DNA from: Lama glama
Taxonomy: Eukaryota
Length of the DNA: 64,000 nt
NCBI GenBank assembly: GCA_028534125.1
Contig: CM052851.1
Coordinates: 1,674,001-1,738,000 of the forward strand
Direction: 5' to 3'
Shown: piece by piece, positions 36,710 to 47,394 of the stretch
Layout: every line of letters begins with the position of its first letter
Position numbering within the stretch: position 1 is the first letter of the stretch
Made by a program: the position numbers and the translations under genes
The notes under the pieces: generated by a model
Told to the model about the DNA's origin: nothing
The model's database searches: none
The model's input: the letters and a program-made list of their open reading frames with translations, nothing else

Positions 36710-36890
36710 CGTTCTTGTTATTAGGAGTTACGTTACTGTACTTTGTGACACTCTAACCAGGACAGAACTATTCTGCGTGTATGAATTAATCCCTCTCATG
36801 CCCAGAACAATTCTGTGGGAAGGTGCTCATCCCCATCTCTCAGGCAACGTTTTCAGAGGAGCAGGAGTGGATGGTGATGAGCTTGCCCCA
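36710..36890 (-). mobile_element. MIR-like fragment bordering the CpG island
   Basis: TTACTGTAC...CAATTCTGTGGGAAGGTGCTCATCCCCATCTCTCAG...GAGCTTGCCC. Confidence 0.45.
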
Positions 36891-36924
36891 CCAGTAGTCC
36901 CGGGCTCCTGCCCAAGCTGAGCAC

Positions 36925-37765
36925 CCCGACTCCAGTCATCATCCCCCACCGCCTACCTGCCTGAGATTCCTGCTCCCATCCCGGACTCGGACCTGTGATC
37001 CCGACTCCAAAATCCCCACCCTCCTTTGATTCAGAAATCTCCACCATGACTAGAAACCTTGACTTCAATTCCAGACTCTGATCCCCAAGTCGGACCTCCA
37101 GCCACCAACTCCCAATCTCCAACTCGCAACCTGGACCCGGACTCAGAACCACGACTTCGGCTCCAGTCCCCAGCCGGGAGCCCCGACTAGGACCTCCTAC
37201 TCGGAAATCTGATCCCGACTTGGACCCTAGACCCCGGACCCGCACGCAGCCCCGACGTGTGACTCGGAATCACAAGGTGGACAGCGGAGCCCGCTCCGAC
37301 TCCCGACCCGGGCCCCCGACTGCGGACTCGGAGCCCCGAGCGTCCACCAGGACAGCTACGCTCAGCTCTCCGACTGAGAACCCCGAGGCGGACTGCGGCC
37401 GCGGACGCCGACCCCGGACTCGGATCCCCGACTCAGAATTCCAGTCGTAACTCCGACAGACCCGGACTTGATCCCCAGCCGAGAACACCGACCCTCACCG
37501 GGACCCCCGACGCAGAACCGCGAGGTGAACTCCAGGCGCAAATCCGACCGCGCGCTCAGAACCCCGACATCCGATCCTCCCCTCAGAAGCGCAGGCGGAC
37601 GGGCGACCCGAACGCCAATCCCCGACGCGGAACCGCGACCGTCCGATCTTCCAGTCGGAATCACGAGGCAGACAGGCGACCCGAACTCCAGTCCCCGCCT
37701 CGGAACCCCGACGTGGACGCGGACACGGGACCCCGGACCTCGGACCTCGGACTCCGACCCTGACC
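36925..37765. repeat. Degenerate short-motif array of KvDMR1 (A-like and MD-like motifs)
   Basis: GACTCGGA at 36984, 37261, 37325 and 37417. CTCRGAAYCVCR-like motifs at 37142, 37263, 37511, 37555, 37626, 37654 and 37699. Many CCCGAC/GGACCC units. Confidence 0.75.
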
Positions 37766-37950
37766 GCGGCCGGCTCTCCGCGAGGCGCAGAGCGGAGCGC
37801 GCCCGCCAGGCCGGCCCCGGGAGCTGAGCGGCTGACCGCGGCCATCCCCACCGCCCACGCGACGCGGAGCTCACCTCAGCACACGGCGATCGCCCGTCCC
37901 CGCGCCGCCGGGCCGGGCAGCACCCGGAGCGCAGCGGGGCCGCGAGGAGG

Positions 37951-38059
37951 GCGCGGCACGGAGCGGGGTGCGGCCGCGAGGAGAGCGCGGCACGGAGGCG
38001 AGCGCGGCACTGAGCGGGGTGCGGCCGCGAGGAGAGCGCGGCACGGAGGCGAGCGCGGC
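37951..38059. repeat. 51-bp tandem repeat, ~2.1 copies
   Basis: 37951-38001 and 38002-38052 are identical at 50/51 nt (GCGCGGCACKGAGCGGGGTGCGGCCGCGAGGAGAGCGCGGCACGGAGGCGA), followed by GCGCGGC. A degenerate partial copy starts at ~37933. Confidence 0.95.
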
Positions 38060-38228
38060 CCGGGCAGCCCGCTCGTGCCAGGCGCAGCGACTGTCTGCCG
38101 AGTGGCGGTGGTGGCACTGGACTTGGGTTGACGTGGCGGCCGTCCCGCGGCTGATTGGATGGCCCGCAGGGGCGGGCTTGCTACGTGCCGCCTTGAGGAT
38201 TGGCTGGGCGCGGAAAGCAATGTGCCGC
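37953..38228. promoter_or_regulatory. Cluster of six ZFP57 hexamers (TGCCGC/GCGGCA)
   Basis: GCGGCA at 37953, 37987, 38004 and 38038; TGCCGC at 38186 and 38223. Methylated TGCCGC is the known ZFP57/KAP1 site at imprinting control regions. Confidence 0.85.
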
Positions 38229-38320
38229 GCTCTGCCATTGGCCGAGAGGGCTGGAGCCAATGCCACCGAGGCTCGCATTGGCTGAGCGAGCCCAGCACCA
38301 CGTGCCACGCCCCGCCCTCT
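38125..38320 (-). promoter_or_regulatory. KCNQ1OT1: TATA-less KCNQ1OT1 promoter: NF-Y CCAAT array, CRE-like site, GC boxes, E-box
   Basis: ATTGG at 38154, 38199, 38237 and 38277; CCAAT at 38257; TGACGTGG 38129-38136; GGGGCGGG 38169-38176; CACGTG 38299-38304; CCCCGCCC 38311-38318. Multiple CCAAT boxes are a known feature of this promoter. Confidence 0.87.
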
Positions 38321-39504
38321 CCGCCCAGGCCCAGGGGCTGCGCCACCCCCACCCCTGTGATCTGAGAGCGTCCGTCCTTCCGGTCCTAGTCCCCGTCCAG
38401 TGCGGCCTCTGAGCCCTGGCAGCCCACTGATGCGACGCCGGGGGCCCCAGGGTGACCCCGAGGAACATTTGCAGCACTCGGCACCTGGCTGGCCCTCTGC
38501 AGACCCTTCCGCAGGGGTCCTTGCGGGCGGGCAGAACTAGATTTCCACCGCAACCCGCGGCCCCAGTTCGGTCTCTCCCGCGGCTGGACAGGTGCACCTC
38601 CCTCTGGAGCTCTGCTGTTTGGTCTTCAGGAGACCCTGTGAGAAAGGTGCCAGGACTTGCTCAGGTTTCCCCTTGGGAGTTGGCAGAAGGAAGGTGACCC
38701 ACGTGGTTGGTCTTCCGCCTGGATCCCGACAGTGGTGGGTGACCTCCTCCTGCTCCTGTTGCCCCATGCCTGGAGGCCAGGTCCTGTCTGTCTCTTGACT
38801 GTGGTCCCTACGAACTGTACACCCACCCATCTATCCACCCACCCATTCACTCATTCACAAATCCTTCCTTCCTCCCATCCCTCCCTCGCATCTCCTGAGC
38901 TCCCCCTGGGCGCCAGGCACTGCCCTGAACACTTCTGTCTACAACTGCAACCGTCAGGAAGCCTGTCCTCCTGCATCTCTTGCTCTGCTGAGGTTTTCCC
39001 AGCAAGCCAGGGGCAGACTGGACCTTCCGTTTTAATTGCAGAAACAGTTTTGGAACATGGAACTCTTAGTATGTTCTCAGGAGTTTGTCCCCCTAGCCCT
39101 CTACCCAGGGTTGACTTCAGACAAGGGAGGAAGGGGAAGGCTGGAGGCAGCCAAGCCAGCAGCTGCCCCCACACCCAATGCCCACAGTAAGGCCATGCAT
39201 CACAACTGCCTTGCCTGAAATATGCATATGTGAAAAGAGCCCGAAATCTCCCCAAGGGTGATTGAGCCCCTTCTTTTCTTTGTGGTTCAACCTGGAGGAG
39301 AAGCAGAGAATGGTGCTACCTTTTCATGTGTCAACAACTTGCTCTCTGACCTTCAGAAACTTCTCAGATTGGCCATCTTCCTTCGCCTGCCCAGCCCACC
39401 AGAAGGCCAGGCAGCCCGCCTGGGGTGGTGAGGGTTGTCTGGCCCTCACAACCTGGCTGGGAGTTTTTTGGCATCTGCCTATCCTCAAGGCAGTTGTCAC
39501 CAGT

Positions 39505-39720
39505 ACCAAACACATGGGGCCCTAGGCTTAGAATTTAATGCTCTTTTGTCACCATCTTGAAAGTCTTAATAATTTTATCTCTGAACTTGTGTTTTATAAG
39601 CAGAGAGTGACAGGACAACGGAGTGTGCTCCGGGGGCTTGGAGCCTAGGCTCACGAGTGATGTCATCCCCTCTGTGCCGCCTCAGGACAGGTTCTCAGAT
39701 GCTCACTGTGTTGCCTCAAC
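39505..39720 (+). mobile_element. MER45-family (hAT-Tip100) fragment
   Basis: TTTAATGCTCTTTTGTCACCATCTTGAAAGTCTTAATAATTTTATCTCTGAACTTGTGTTTT. Confidence 0.65.
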
Positions 39721-42700
39721 TGTCTGCCCAGCCTCCCTCTCCCCACTCCTGAGGGTGACCACTGTTACCCTCTGTCCCTGGCCAAGAAAGGCAGGGAGGC
39801 CCTGGCATCCTGGCCCACAATCTGCAGGGCTGGGACTCCTACTTGGAAGATGGAGTGATGCTGCCAGCCTTGCGAAGCTTGAGATGAGAACTCAAGAGAA
39901 CATACAGAAAGCAGTGCTGGGACGTCAGGTCCAACACTGCCTCAGGCACTGCCCTGGCTCCTGCTGCTTGGAGCTAGTAGGGTGTAGCTCAGGACTCTGC
40001 CTCCCGTGGCCTCCCGCGTCCTTCTGTGGGAGGCAGGGATCCTTCCCCAGACACCCTCAGGCATGTCCATTTCCACCTCCCAGGATGTCAGGGGAGCAGG
40101 AGCCCCAGGTCTTCAGAGCAACTCCACAGATTTCAACAAAACAAAAATCCCTGCCTGTGTGGGGTTTACATTCCAGTAGGAAAGACAGGCAAGAAATTCT
40201 CCAAGTGCTCTGGACATTGTCCTGCGTCAGAACCCGGAGATCCCTAGCTTACTTTTGTTAGCTGCCATGGACCATGGTTGACTCCTCCAGTCCTCACTCA
40301 TGATCACCAGCTTTCCCCCAGCCTTTGGATTTGGGTTTTGCTTTTAATCCAAGGATGTTGAGCACGGGATGAAAAGCCGTCTTAAGCAAGTCCACTGAAA
40401 ACAGCACCCACCTCCTAGGAAAGAGTGACAAGGGTGTTGATGGGGATTTCATCTTGAAAACTGATTTTTGAAATCCTTGAAGCTGAGTTGACTTGATCTG
40501 ACACTTAACCGAATCTGGGTTTTAACTGTGTACTGGGTGGGGGCACATCTTAAGGGTGGATAAATTCATACATGCCTGCTTCTATGTGATGGTGCTGACT
40601 GACCTCAGACCTTGAGATCCAGGATGCTCGGGTTTTCCCTGAAAGCCTGCCTCACAGTGAAACGCTGGGCAAGGCGTCTTTGTGCGGCTGTGTGGCCAGC
40701 TCTCCTTGGGGTCATGCTTCGAGCCAGGCCAAGGAGGCTGCTGCTGTCCATTTTGACACAGGGGTGGGAGGACGGTTCCGAGTCACAGGCGGGCCACGTC
40801 CTCAGCCCTCACCCCCTCGCCGCACATGGGGCGCCGTCAATCAGCCAGCCTGCCCGCCAGCCCGGCGCACCTGTTGTGTGCCCCCACCCCCGCCTCTTCT
40901 CTAGTCCTTTGGGGGAGACGGAGAGGAAAACAGCCCGAGACTGAGAGGGGTTTGTTGTCTCGTCGGGAGACAAGAGACACGTGGGAATTGGCTGAAGAAG
41001 CCTGTGAGGCTGGGAGGACTCCAGGCCAGCCTGCGGCAGACTGGGGGTGGCCAGGCTGGCTGGGGCGGGGGGAGGCGGGGAGCCTGGGGCTGGCCTGGGG
41101 CACGTGGGCAGAATTCGAGGTGGGGATGGCAGGCTCGGCTAGCTCCTCTCTGGGTTGTCGTGGGGCCCCTCCTGAGCCCAGGTCAGCCTGGGGGCTCCCT
41201 GGAAGCCCTGGGCTGTGGTGCCTGGCCCTTGTCACCTTCTGGGACTCAGGATGGTGGGGTAGGTGTGGGACAGAGAGCCCAGGCGCCTGGTGGCCTTGAC
41301 TCTGGCTCCCTGTGTGACCGAGGGCATCTGGTTTGTCTCGTCTGCACATGGTGGGGGTGACCCAGTGTTCCTCACGCTTCCTCCGGCACTGATACGCGGG
41401 GTTCAAAAGGCTTCCTCGCAGGCCTCTGCACCCGAGTGCACGCACGCACACACGCACACACAGCTGAAGAGAATTAGACTCGAAACGTCCACTCGGCTTT
41501 TCTCTTGATTCCGAGGTATTTAGAATGGGGGTGGGGGATTAAGGGAGGAAGTTGCTGAGCTAATTCTCCTGCGTTTGCCAGCACAGAAGTGCAGATGGGG
41601 CCCAGAGCCCCGCAGCGTCCCGGGGGGAACACCAGCCCTCCTCCACACAGCGCCCAGCAGGAGGGAGGGACGGTGGGAGCCCCTCACCCAAGTGGCCAGA
41701 CGCCGCCAGGCCTGGCTGAGGGATCATCTGGGCTGCAGTGTGCCCTCCAGCCCTCCCCACCCTACAGCCCAAGGGCGGAACAGCCTCAGGCTGAGCCAGG
41801 TTCCCAGAGCTGCTTCCCTCCAAATCAGAGAGGCCCAGGGCCGCGTGGCCGCCTCGGCCCCACCTTCCCAGAAAGGACCCTCGCCCACGCTGCTCTCTGC
41901 AGTGAACAGGAAGGCACAGGGGGACAAGGAGCCTCAGGTATCCCTGGGCAGCCGAGGCAGTCACCAAGAAGCCTGCTTTTAAGGTCACATCCACCATCTC
42001 CACGTCCCCAGGACCCAGGGGCCCCTCCCCGGTCCTCTTCAGTGTGCACAGCGCTGCACACAGCCCGCTCTCTGCCGCTGTTCCGGGTCAGCCTCCATGA
42101 CCCCATGAGCCTCCCTCCAGTGGCTTCTTTACCGGTCACAGGTCTCTGCTGACCCTGCTTCCCACGTCTTCATTCCAAAGTCTTCCTCCTCCTGTGACCT
42201 CTGCGTGCCTTCTACGTTCCACCCCACCCGTGGGCCGAATTCTTCCCCCAGTTCTTCTCCGCACCCACAGTGGCACACCCTCATGTCCCCACCCAGAGCT
42301 CTGTCCCCCGAATCTCCCCTTCTTGTGTCCTCCACTTCAGAGCTTAGCACCCCAGTGAGAATGGACAGGTTCAGGGCATCCTGGGCTTCGCGGGCCATGT
42401 AGGGATGGGGTGCAAGGCACGTCTTTGGGGGTCCTAGGACAGTGCTGGTGAGGATCGGGCCTCCCTGCTAGAAAGGTCCCTTAGGCTGCTGATGGAGAGA
42501 GAACTGGATGAGGCCAGGAGGCAAGGGGGCCCAGGAGGGCCCTGGAGAGACTCGCCATTTCCCAGTGAGAGAGGCAGGAGGCTGGAAAGCAGGTGGTGGC
42601 CGTGGCGGTGAAAGGGGTAGCCAGGCCTCCTGCGGGAGGTGGCTTTGGTAGGACCCCACGGCTGAGGACACGGAGGAGCTTGAGGTCCCCTCAGGATGGG

Positions 42701-43160
42701 TTTGGTGAGAGATTCAGAGTCAGTGGACAAGCTGGATGCTAAGAAGCCTGTGGACGTGTGCCAGCCCCACCCCTGCCCAGCCGTGGTGAGGGCCCACGGT
42801 GCTGGGTGTTGTCCCTCCCCCGGCACGGCTCTCCACGCTACCCTTCTGTCCCTGCTACCGAGGGCCTGGGCTAGGGCACGAGTGTGGTGACGTGGGTCCT
42901 ACACGCAATTCCAGGGTGTTCTTGGTCTCCATAGCACCCCTTCTCCAAGAGCAGTGCAGAAATAGAAGTACAGGGAGACGCCCTCAAACAGTTAAGCTGC
43001 ACTAGGGTTGTCCTGGCCTTTTCTCATGGGCAGGTTTACCTTCCAGAATCGGGGGCAGCAATGACTTGATGCCAGATGGGGGGGGGGGTCTCAAGTCGAG
43101 GTGGTCCCGATGAGTGGCAGCGCAGGGTGTGGGCCAATCCCCGCCCCGAGGGCAGCTGTG

Positions 43161-43162
<2 letters not shown>

Positions 43163-43198
<36 letters not shown>
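43163..43198. repeat. (GT)18 microsatellite
   Basis: Perfect dinucleotide run. Confidence 0.98.
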
Positions 43199-43199
<1 letters not shown>

Positions 43200-43889
43200 T
43201 GGGCATTGCACAGCCCCGGCTGTGATGAGCCAACCCCGCTTCTCCCAGAACCCCCGCTTCCATGAGGGTTAACCCAGCAGCTGTCTCCTGAGCACCTGCT
43301 CGGGGCCTGGTGGGATGCCAGGCGTGGGGGGCGGGAAAGCCAAGCCAGCCAGGCTCTGCCAGACCCGTCGCCGAAGGAGCCTCTTCCCACGGTGCACCCC
43401 ATCCCCGAGCACATCCTCCCCCTGCTTCCTGCCGAGGCCCACCGCTTCCACAGCCACCACTCAGCCATCATCTCCGGGCCCTCCAGATTGGGTTGGCCCT
43501 GGGCCTTTGAGGACAGTGGCACTGCCAGGGCCACCCCAGAAAGTATTTTCAACTATCTCTCAAGTCCTGAGAAAGCTGTGGACAGGAGGCCCCACCCCTG
43601 CGGCTCTGGGGTTGCCCGTTGTTTTTGAACATTGAAGGGCCTTGGTCCATCCTGGTGATGAGGGCAGATATTTGCAGAGAGCCCACTGTCCCCTCAGCTC
43701 TGTGCTTGCAGAGGGCGAGGTGACTGTGGGAAACCCACCAGGCCCGCAGTGAACAGTGGCTACAAAGTGGTTGCCATAAGGGGCCTCAGAGGGGGATGTT
43801 CTAACTGAGCCAGGCAGGATCAGGGGATGGAGGGAATTTGGGCAGAAAAGACAGGAATGAGAAGGAGGAGCAATCTGACTGGGGTGCCG

Positions 43890-44430
43890 TGTGGCTGTGT
43901 GGCTTGGAGATCTGTCTGTGAGGCTTTGAGACTCCTCCCTTCAAGAGGCGGGGCTTTTTCCTTCCCCGTGAGTTCGGTCTGGACTTAGTGATCTCCGCCT
44001 GACAAATGGAATATAGTGGAAATGACAGTGTGACTTCCAAGCCCAGATCATGAAGGGCATTGTGGCGTCCTTGTTTCTCTCACTGGGGTCAATGACTCTG
44101 AAAGAAGCCAGCCGCCATGCTGCAAGGACGCTCAAGCAGCCCTGAAGAGAGGGCCACTCAGTGAGGAACTGAGGCCTCTAGCCAACAGCCTCATGAGTGA
44201 GCCATCTTGGAAGTGGATCTTCCAGTCCCAGTCAAGCCCAGATGACCATAGCCCTGGCCAATATCCTGACTCCAGCCTCCCAAGAGACCTTGAGCCAGCA
44301 CCATCCACTCACTCTTGGATTCTTGACCCTCAGAAATCTGTGAGATAATAAGTGTTTATTGCTTTGTGAACATCTGTGACACTGTGAGTTTATAGGGTAA
44401 TTTGTTACTCAGTAATAGCTAGCTGATACA
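43890..44430 (+). mobile_element. MLT1F-like MaLR solo LTR
   Basis: ACTCCTCCCTTCAAGAGG, GAAGCCAGCCGCCATG, GAGGAACTGAGGCCTCTAGCCAACAGC, GAGTGAGCCATCTTGGAAGTGGATC, TGTGAGATAATAA and the terminal GGTAATTTGTTAC...GATACA. Confidence 0.88.
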
Positions 44431-47394
44431 ACCACCCTTGCCAGGTTTAGTTAGGAAGGAGGGCTCAGCCTGCCTACCAGATATTGCCAGTGGTTGATGG
44501 CTTCCAGGAAAGTGGTATCTGAGCCCCGGGAGAAAGAGTGCCCTGACCAGACAGCAACGTCTGCCTCAGGCAGGCAAGTCATATTTCCGCTCTCTTGGAA
44601 TTTGAATTCTGTCTCCCTGGCTGGTGGCTCTGGACCTGGGGTCCCCATTGAGAATCACACCCCGTGCAGGTCTCAGTCACAAAAACAAGCGATTTTAACT
44701 CAGTGGGTGGTCTCTGGGCAGCACAGAGCTGTTGGCACCTGAGCAGGGCCTGACTCTGAGACACTGTGCTGATGGTGGGAGAAGCTGATGGCTGGATGTC
44801 ATCCAGCAACTGTAACAGGTGACTGCTTCTCTCCCAGAGGACATCCAAGTCCGGTTCTTTAGGACATGGGTAGGACTGAGGGCAGTGCCAACCTCTCCTC
44901 AGACTGTTGACCGCACCTCTCCAGGCAACCTCCAGGACACCTGGGCGCCAGAAGGCCTGGTCTCCAGGGTGACTTCTCGTCTGTCTGAGTGGGTCTGACC
45001 CCAGCCCGCCTTGGAGGGCACCGACCTATTGTGCCCCTCGCTGCTGTGATTCTCCCTACCCGCCTCCTTTCCTGGTGCCCTGCCACCGGGGACTGGCAGT
45101 GGACCTGCACGTGTCCTTTTGCTTCCCGTGGATACAGCTTCCTATTCCTTGGTTGTGTCCTGTGGGCCAGAGGATGGACCCTGGACTTGTCGCATCTGCC
45201 CCACATGGATGGTTCTCAAGTGACCAAGGCCCGGGAGCAGCCTCGACAGCAGCTCTGTCCCACGTGTGTTTTCTGTGCGTGGTCCTCGGTGAGCCCTCTC
45301 ATCCGTCAGCCACAGAGAAAGGGGAGCAGGCACATCGGGGGGCTGGTGGAATGCACTGTGTGGTGAGGAGTGGCACAGAGGCCCCCCCCCCACTTTTCTG
45401 CTCTCCCTGGGCCCTTGGGAAAGTCTAGTGCTGCTGGGGGGGGGGATTTTTTCTGCTCTGTGAGCGTCCACTGGAACCAAAGGCAGAAGAGGCGGGTATA
45501 GAACCCCAGAGGCCAGGTGTGTGTCCACCTGGGCACAGACCCCACCCGGGAACCTAGCCCCCATCTCACCAGGCAGCCCCTGCCTCCAAGGTCTTGCTCA
45601 CTGGCTGGTGTTCTGAGCCATCCACCTGTAGGTCCAGCTGGGAGCCCCCATGAGGCTCTCTGAGCAGCCTGGACCCAGGAGAGATGGCTGGGTGCGGCCA
45701 GGGCCCCTCCAGTAGGAAGGTCTGTGTTACCTAACCAGCAGCTTGCAGTGGGCACTCTGTCAGGTCCAGGTCTAAGGGCTTTGTGACAGTAACTCTTTTG
45801 ACCCTCCCACAGCCTGCCCTGGAGATGGGGACTCGGGCACAGGGAGGTCACAGGGTTTGCCAGGAGCCCCACAGGTAACGGGAGCCAGAGCCCGGCTCTG
45901 TGCCCAGGCATCCTGGGCTCTGTCTGTCCGTCCTTCCCTCCCGCGTGTGGGACAGGGCCCTGCTCGCTTGGCTGGGTGGGGCAGCCGCATCGTGGGCAGA
46001 GCACTCACTGAACACCAGGGCAGTTGTGCCGCAGTCCACACTGGGCCCCTCGGGTGCCCAATCTGTGTGTGCCCAGCGGGGCAGGCAGTGTGGGCGGCCG
46101 ACCCCCAGAGGTGCCAGCCCCTCAGGTCATGCTCCTGCCCCCGGGGCTCCCCAGCAGACGACCAGGACTGGGGGCCCCAGGACCTCTGCTCCACTTGACC
46201 ATGACATTATTTTTCACAACACTGGGGAGGCCTCAGAGGACCCTTCCTCAGCAGGGGGAGGACCCTGACCCAAACTGGCCTCAGAACGGGCACTGAGCAG
46301 ACTTGACGGGGACATATTCCTAGAGAAGCCTTTCCTTTCTGGGGTCTTGGGCCGACCCGACATCAACCACTGGGGCAGCCAAGCTGAACCAGCCTGGCAC
46401 TGTGTCAGGGCCTCACCTGGGTGAGTGGTCTCTGCTGGTGTTTCTCTCTTTCTCTGTGCTCCTCTTTTTTCTTTGGAACTTCCATTCAGGGTACCCTGGA
46501 TCTCCAGGGAGGGGAGGCCAGTGGAAAATGGAGTCAGCCCGGGAGCAGGCGGCGTCCCCCTAGGGAGGTCGGTACAGATGCCTCTGGGGGCACAGGTGGG
46601 CGGTGGCCTCCAGTTCCAGCCCTGGACCTAGATCTCAGGGCAGGAGGGAAGCTTCATGCAGCCACAGCTCCAAGGAGGCCGAGGCCCCAGTCCGAGAAGA
46701 GGGCCCGTTCTCCTTCACCCCACCCCCCACCCAGGTCCACAGTCAGGGCCAAAGCCCTCCTCGGGACAGGCCCATGGCAGCAAACATAGCATGGATGTGA
46801 CAAGCTCCGAGCCTGACAGCAGGGGCGGCTCCAGCCGCTGGAGAACACGCTTGGATTTACGTCCGCAGCAAAGCACCCGGTCACCTTTCCCTGCTCGGAG
46901 TGTAATCTTTTTTTGGAAGCCTTGCTGGAAAATCTGAATCTTGTGAGCCATCAGCTGTTTATAATCAGAGAAGCATATGTTTAAAAGAGCTGAGGGGCCT
47001 CATAAACTCCGTGTGCAAACTACCTTTGGGGCTGCCTGCGCACCGCCCCTCCCTCGGCTGCCATCGCTGGCGCGGGGCGCCTTGCGCGGCACAGGATTTC
47101 TGGAACCCCGTGTGGCGCGGGGTCTGTTTAGCTTTAGTCACGTCAGCTTGGCCCTGGAGCGTGGGAGCCTCCATCTCTGTTGCATGGCTTCCAGGCCCCC
47201 CACCCCCCCAACCCCAGCTGCAGAGGACTTCTGGCTCTGTTCTTGGGCCTTCACATGAGAAATATTCAACCTGGGAGCCGTGGCAGCAAGACGTGGGCAG
47301 GAGCTGGGTCCCCACGGCCTGTGGGGGCTTCCTGGGCCGGCCTGGAGCGGGGGGCTGCACTCGGGGCCCGCCGGGTGATTTGTGTACCTCGTGT

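Larger units (their letters stand above)
1..38100 (-). ncRNA. KCNQ1OT1: KCNQ1OT1 (LIT1) paternally expressed antisense macro-lncRNA, 5' portion; probably extends beyond position 1
   Basis: A CpG-island promoter lies ~36 kb downstream of the exon-11 orthologue, with CCAAT boxes mostly on the minus strand. The minus strand from 38100 reads CGGCAGACAGTCGCTGCG, resembling the recalled 5' end of human KCNQ1OT1 (AGGCAGAACGGTCGCCGCG). TSS and extent are inferred, not observed. Confidence 0.8.
36925..38450. promoter_or_regulatory. KvDMR1 / IC2 imprinting control region (CpG island, maternally methylated germline DMR in studied mammals)
   Basis: Very CpG-dense ~1.5 kb block at the expected intronic position. 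It has NotI sites at 37395, 37970 and 38021, a ZFP57 motif cluster, a CCAAT array and degenerate tandem motifs. Methylation state cannot be read from sequence. Confidence 0.92.

Noticed and set aside
36925-38060. Repeat arrays as a CRISPR-like system
   Set aside because: The DNA is eukaryotic, there is no constant repeat with unique spacers, and there are no cas genes.
37362-38117. 251-aa minus-strand ORF over the KCNQ1OT1 5' end, with an internal peptide repeat
   Set aside because: It starts at GTG upstream of the predicted TSS. Openness is explained by CpG-island composition, and the peptide repeat simply reflects the 51-bp (17-codon) DNA duplication.
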